Below, one piece after another: positions 62,685-64,000 of a DNA stretch of 64,000 nt. Each line of letters starts with the position of its first letter. Positions within the stretch are counted from its first letter, which is position 1. Both the position numbers and the translations under genes were made by a program. This stretch comes from Macrostomum lignano (lineage: Eukaryota). The stretch spans positions 1 to 64,000 of the forward strand of contig NIVC01003126.1 of NCBI GenBank assembly GCA_002269645.1, read 5' to 3'. The notes under the pieces were generated by a model, which saw nothing but the letters and a program-made list of their open reading frames with translations, ran no database searches and was not told where the DNA came from.

Positions 62685-63013
62685 ATTTAAGTCAGATAAT
62701 AAAAAGTAAACCCAGAGCAAGCAATGGTGACAGTGAATTTCAAAATATTAAATTTTTCAAAGTGTTAAAGTATCTGTAAGACTTCAGGTCGATGATAATA
62801 TCAAATAAACTTCAAAAGTTCAACTTACATACTATTTTATTTATCTTCAGCATTCAGGTTTTATAGATTTCACTTAAAAATACTGTTTTTTTAACTTCCT
62901 AGTTTTATCATTGGATATTTAGCTTCTTAAATTTATCATGTCTGTCTATTCTAATTGTATTTTTTACATAAGACTATTTATCTAAATTTAGCAATTAAAA
63001 ACATTAACATATT

Positions 63014-63207
63014 CAAGGGCATAGCCAGGAATTTCCTATGGGGGGATACACCAAAGGTGAATTTTCTATGGGGGGATATGCCAAGGTAAAATTGCTATGA
63101 CAGAGACATGTGGTATCATGTATAGCAACAGAAGGCAACAAAAAAGTTTTGGTCAAGCTCTTTGGGAGGATACATCCCCCTCCCTATCCTCCCTCCCTAT
63201 GCCCTTG
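63014..63207. mobile_element. hAT-type MITE (194 bp)
   Basis: Perfect 11-bp TIR caagggcatag / ctatgcccttg; perfect 8-bp TSD AACATATT. Confidence 0.9.
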
Positions 63208-64000
63208 AACATATTACCAATTTATGAATTTATCTAACTTTTTAATTCAAAAATAAGTTGATACAATGATACTCATAGAATTTGAGCAATTTCAAATAAA
63301 TAAATACCCTTTGCATCAATCTGGTAGGCCTAATATTAATAAAGGCCAAGGGGGGCCTATTTCTAAAAAGTAGAATTCTAGCATAGGCCTAACCAAAATT
63401 TTCTTTTAGTTATCTATACTATATCTAATCTCAAATATTTACCTGTTTGTATCCTATCCATATCCATAGCTAGTATATTTTCTGTAACTTCCTTGCTTTG
63501 GTTACAAAGCACTATTAACCAATAATACTTAAAGAAAATATTATAGCATTAATCTAAATTTTTGTCACCCACTACTCTATCTATACAAAAGGTAAGGTAC
63601 CCCACACTCTGGATCATATAGTATACGCCCAAAAATTTGGTTATTGGTAAGAGAAAAAAAGAAAAAAAAGAGTTGGTATTAAGTAGAAAAAAGATAAAAA
63701 GTTCATTTTTAATTATAAAGTGCAATTTTTGGCATGCTTTGCATTAATTCAATTTTTGCTTGGGTGTGCACCCAGCACAATCTAGACTATGGAAGATAGA
63801 CAAGAAAAAAATTAGACAGATTTTTTGTATTATTAGGAATAAGCAACTTATACTAAGAATTTCTTAAAGAGGTATAAGTAAATAATCAAAGTTAAAAATG
63901 GTAAAAAAATGGCTTTAGCTTATAAATGAGTAAGCCTATGTCATTTTTTGGTTCCTTTTTAGTTTTTTTAAAATAAATATTAATGGAATCATACATTGGT

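Overview
AT-rich, repeat-dense genomic DNA from an invertebrate animal; the species cannot be determined from the sequence. Five spliced or intact host genes can be assembled: nischarin (+, 6 exons), a Mox/Meox homeobox gene (-, 3 exons), an unknown secreted Lys/Arg-rich protein (+, 3 exons), a 7-copy neuropeptide precursor (+), and a myo-inositol dehydrogenase-like Gfo/Idh/MocA gene (+, 5 exons, one GC-AG intron). Most of their introns carry a private minisatellite. Mobile DNA includes an intact piggyBac, two tRNA-derived SINE families, several hAT MITEs, a foldback element, Penelope and LINE fragments, and a solo LTR. The outstanding feature is a young, full-length 10.96-kb Ty3/Gypsy element (48509-59469, -). 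Its single 2495-aa ORF is ordered Gag - gB/class-III-like envelope glycoprotein - PR - RT - RH - IN. All three ESCRT late-domain motif types cluster in the Env cytoplasmic tail, and a separate downstream ORF encodes a myristoylation-signal RING protein. Together these resemble an enveloped-virus assembly kit in an unusual arrangement. All family assignments come from motif recognition by eye; no database searches were run.
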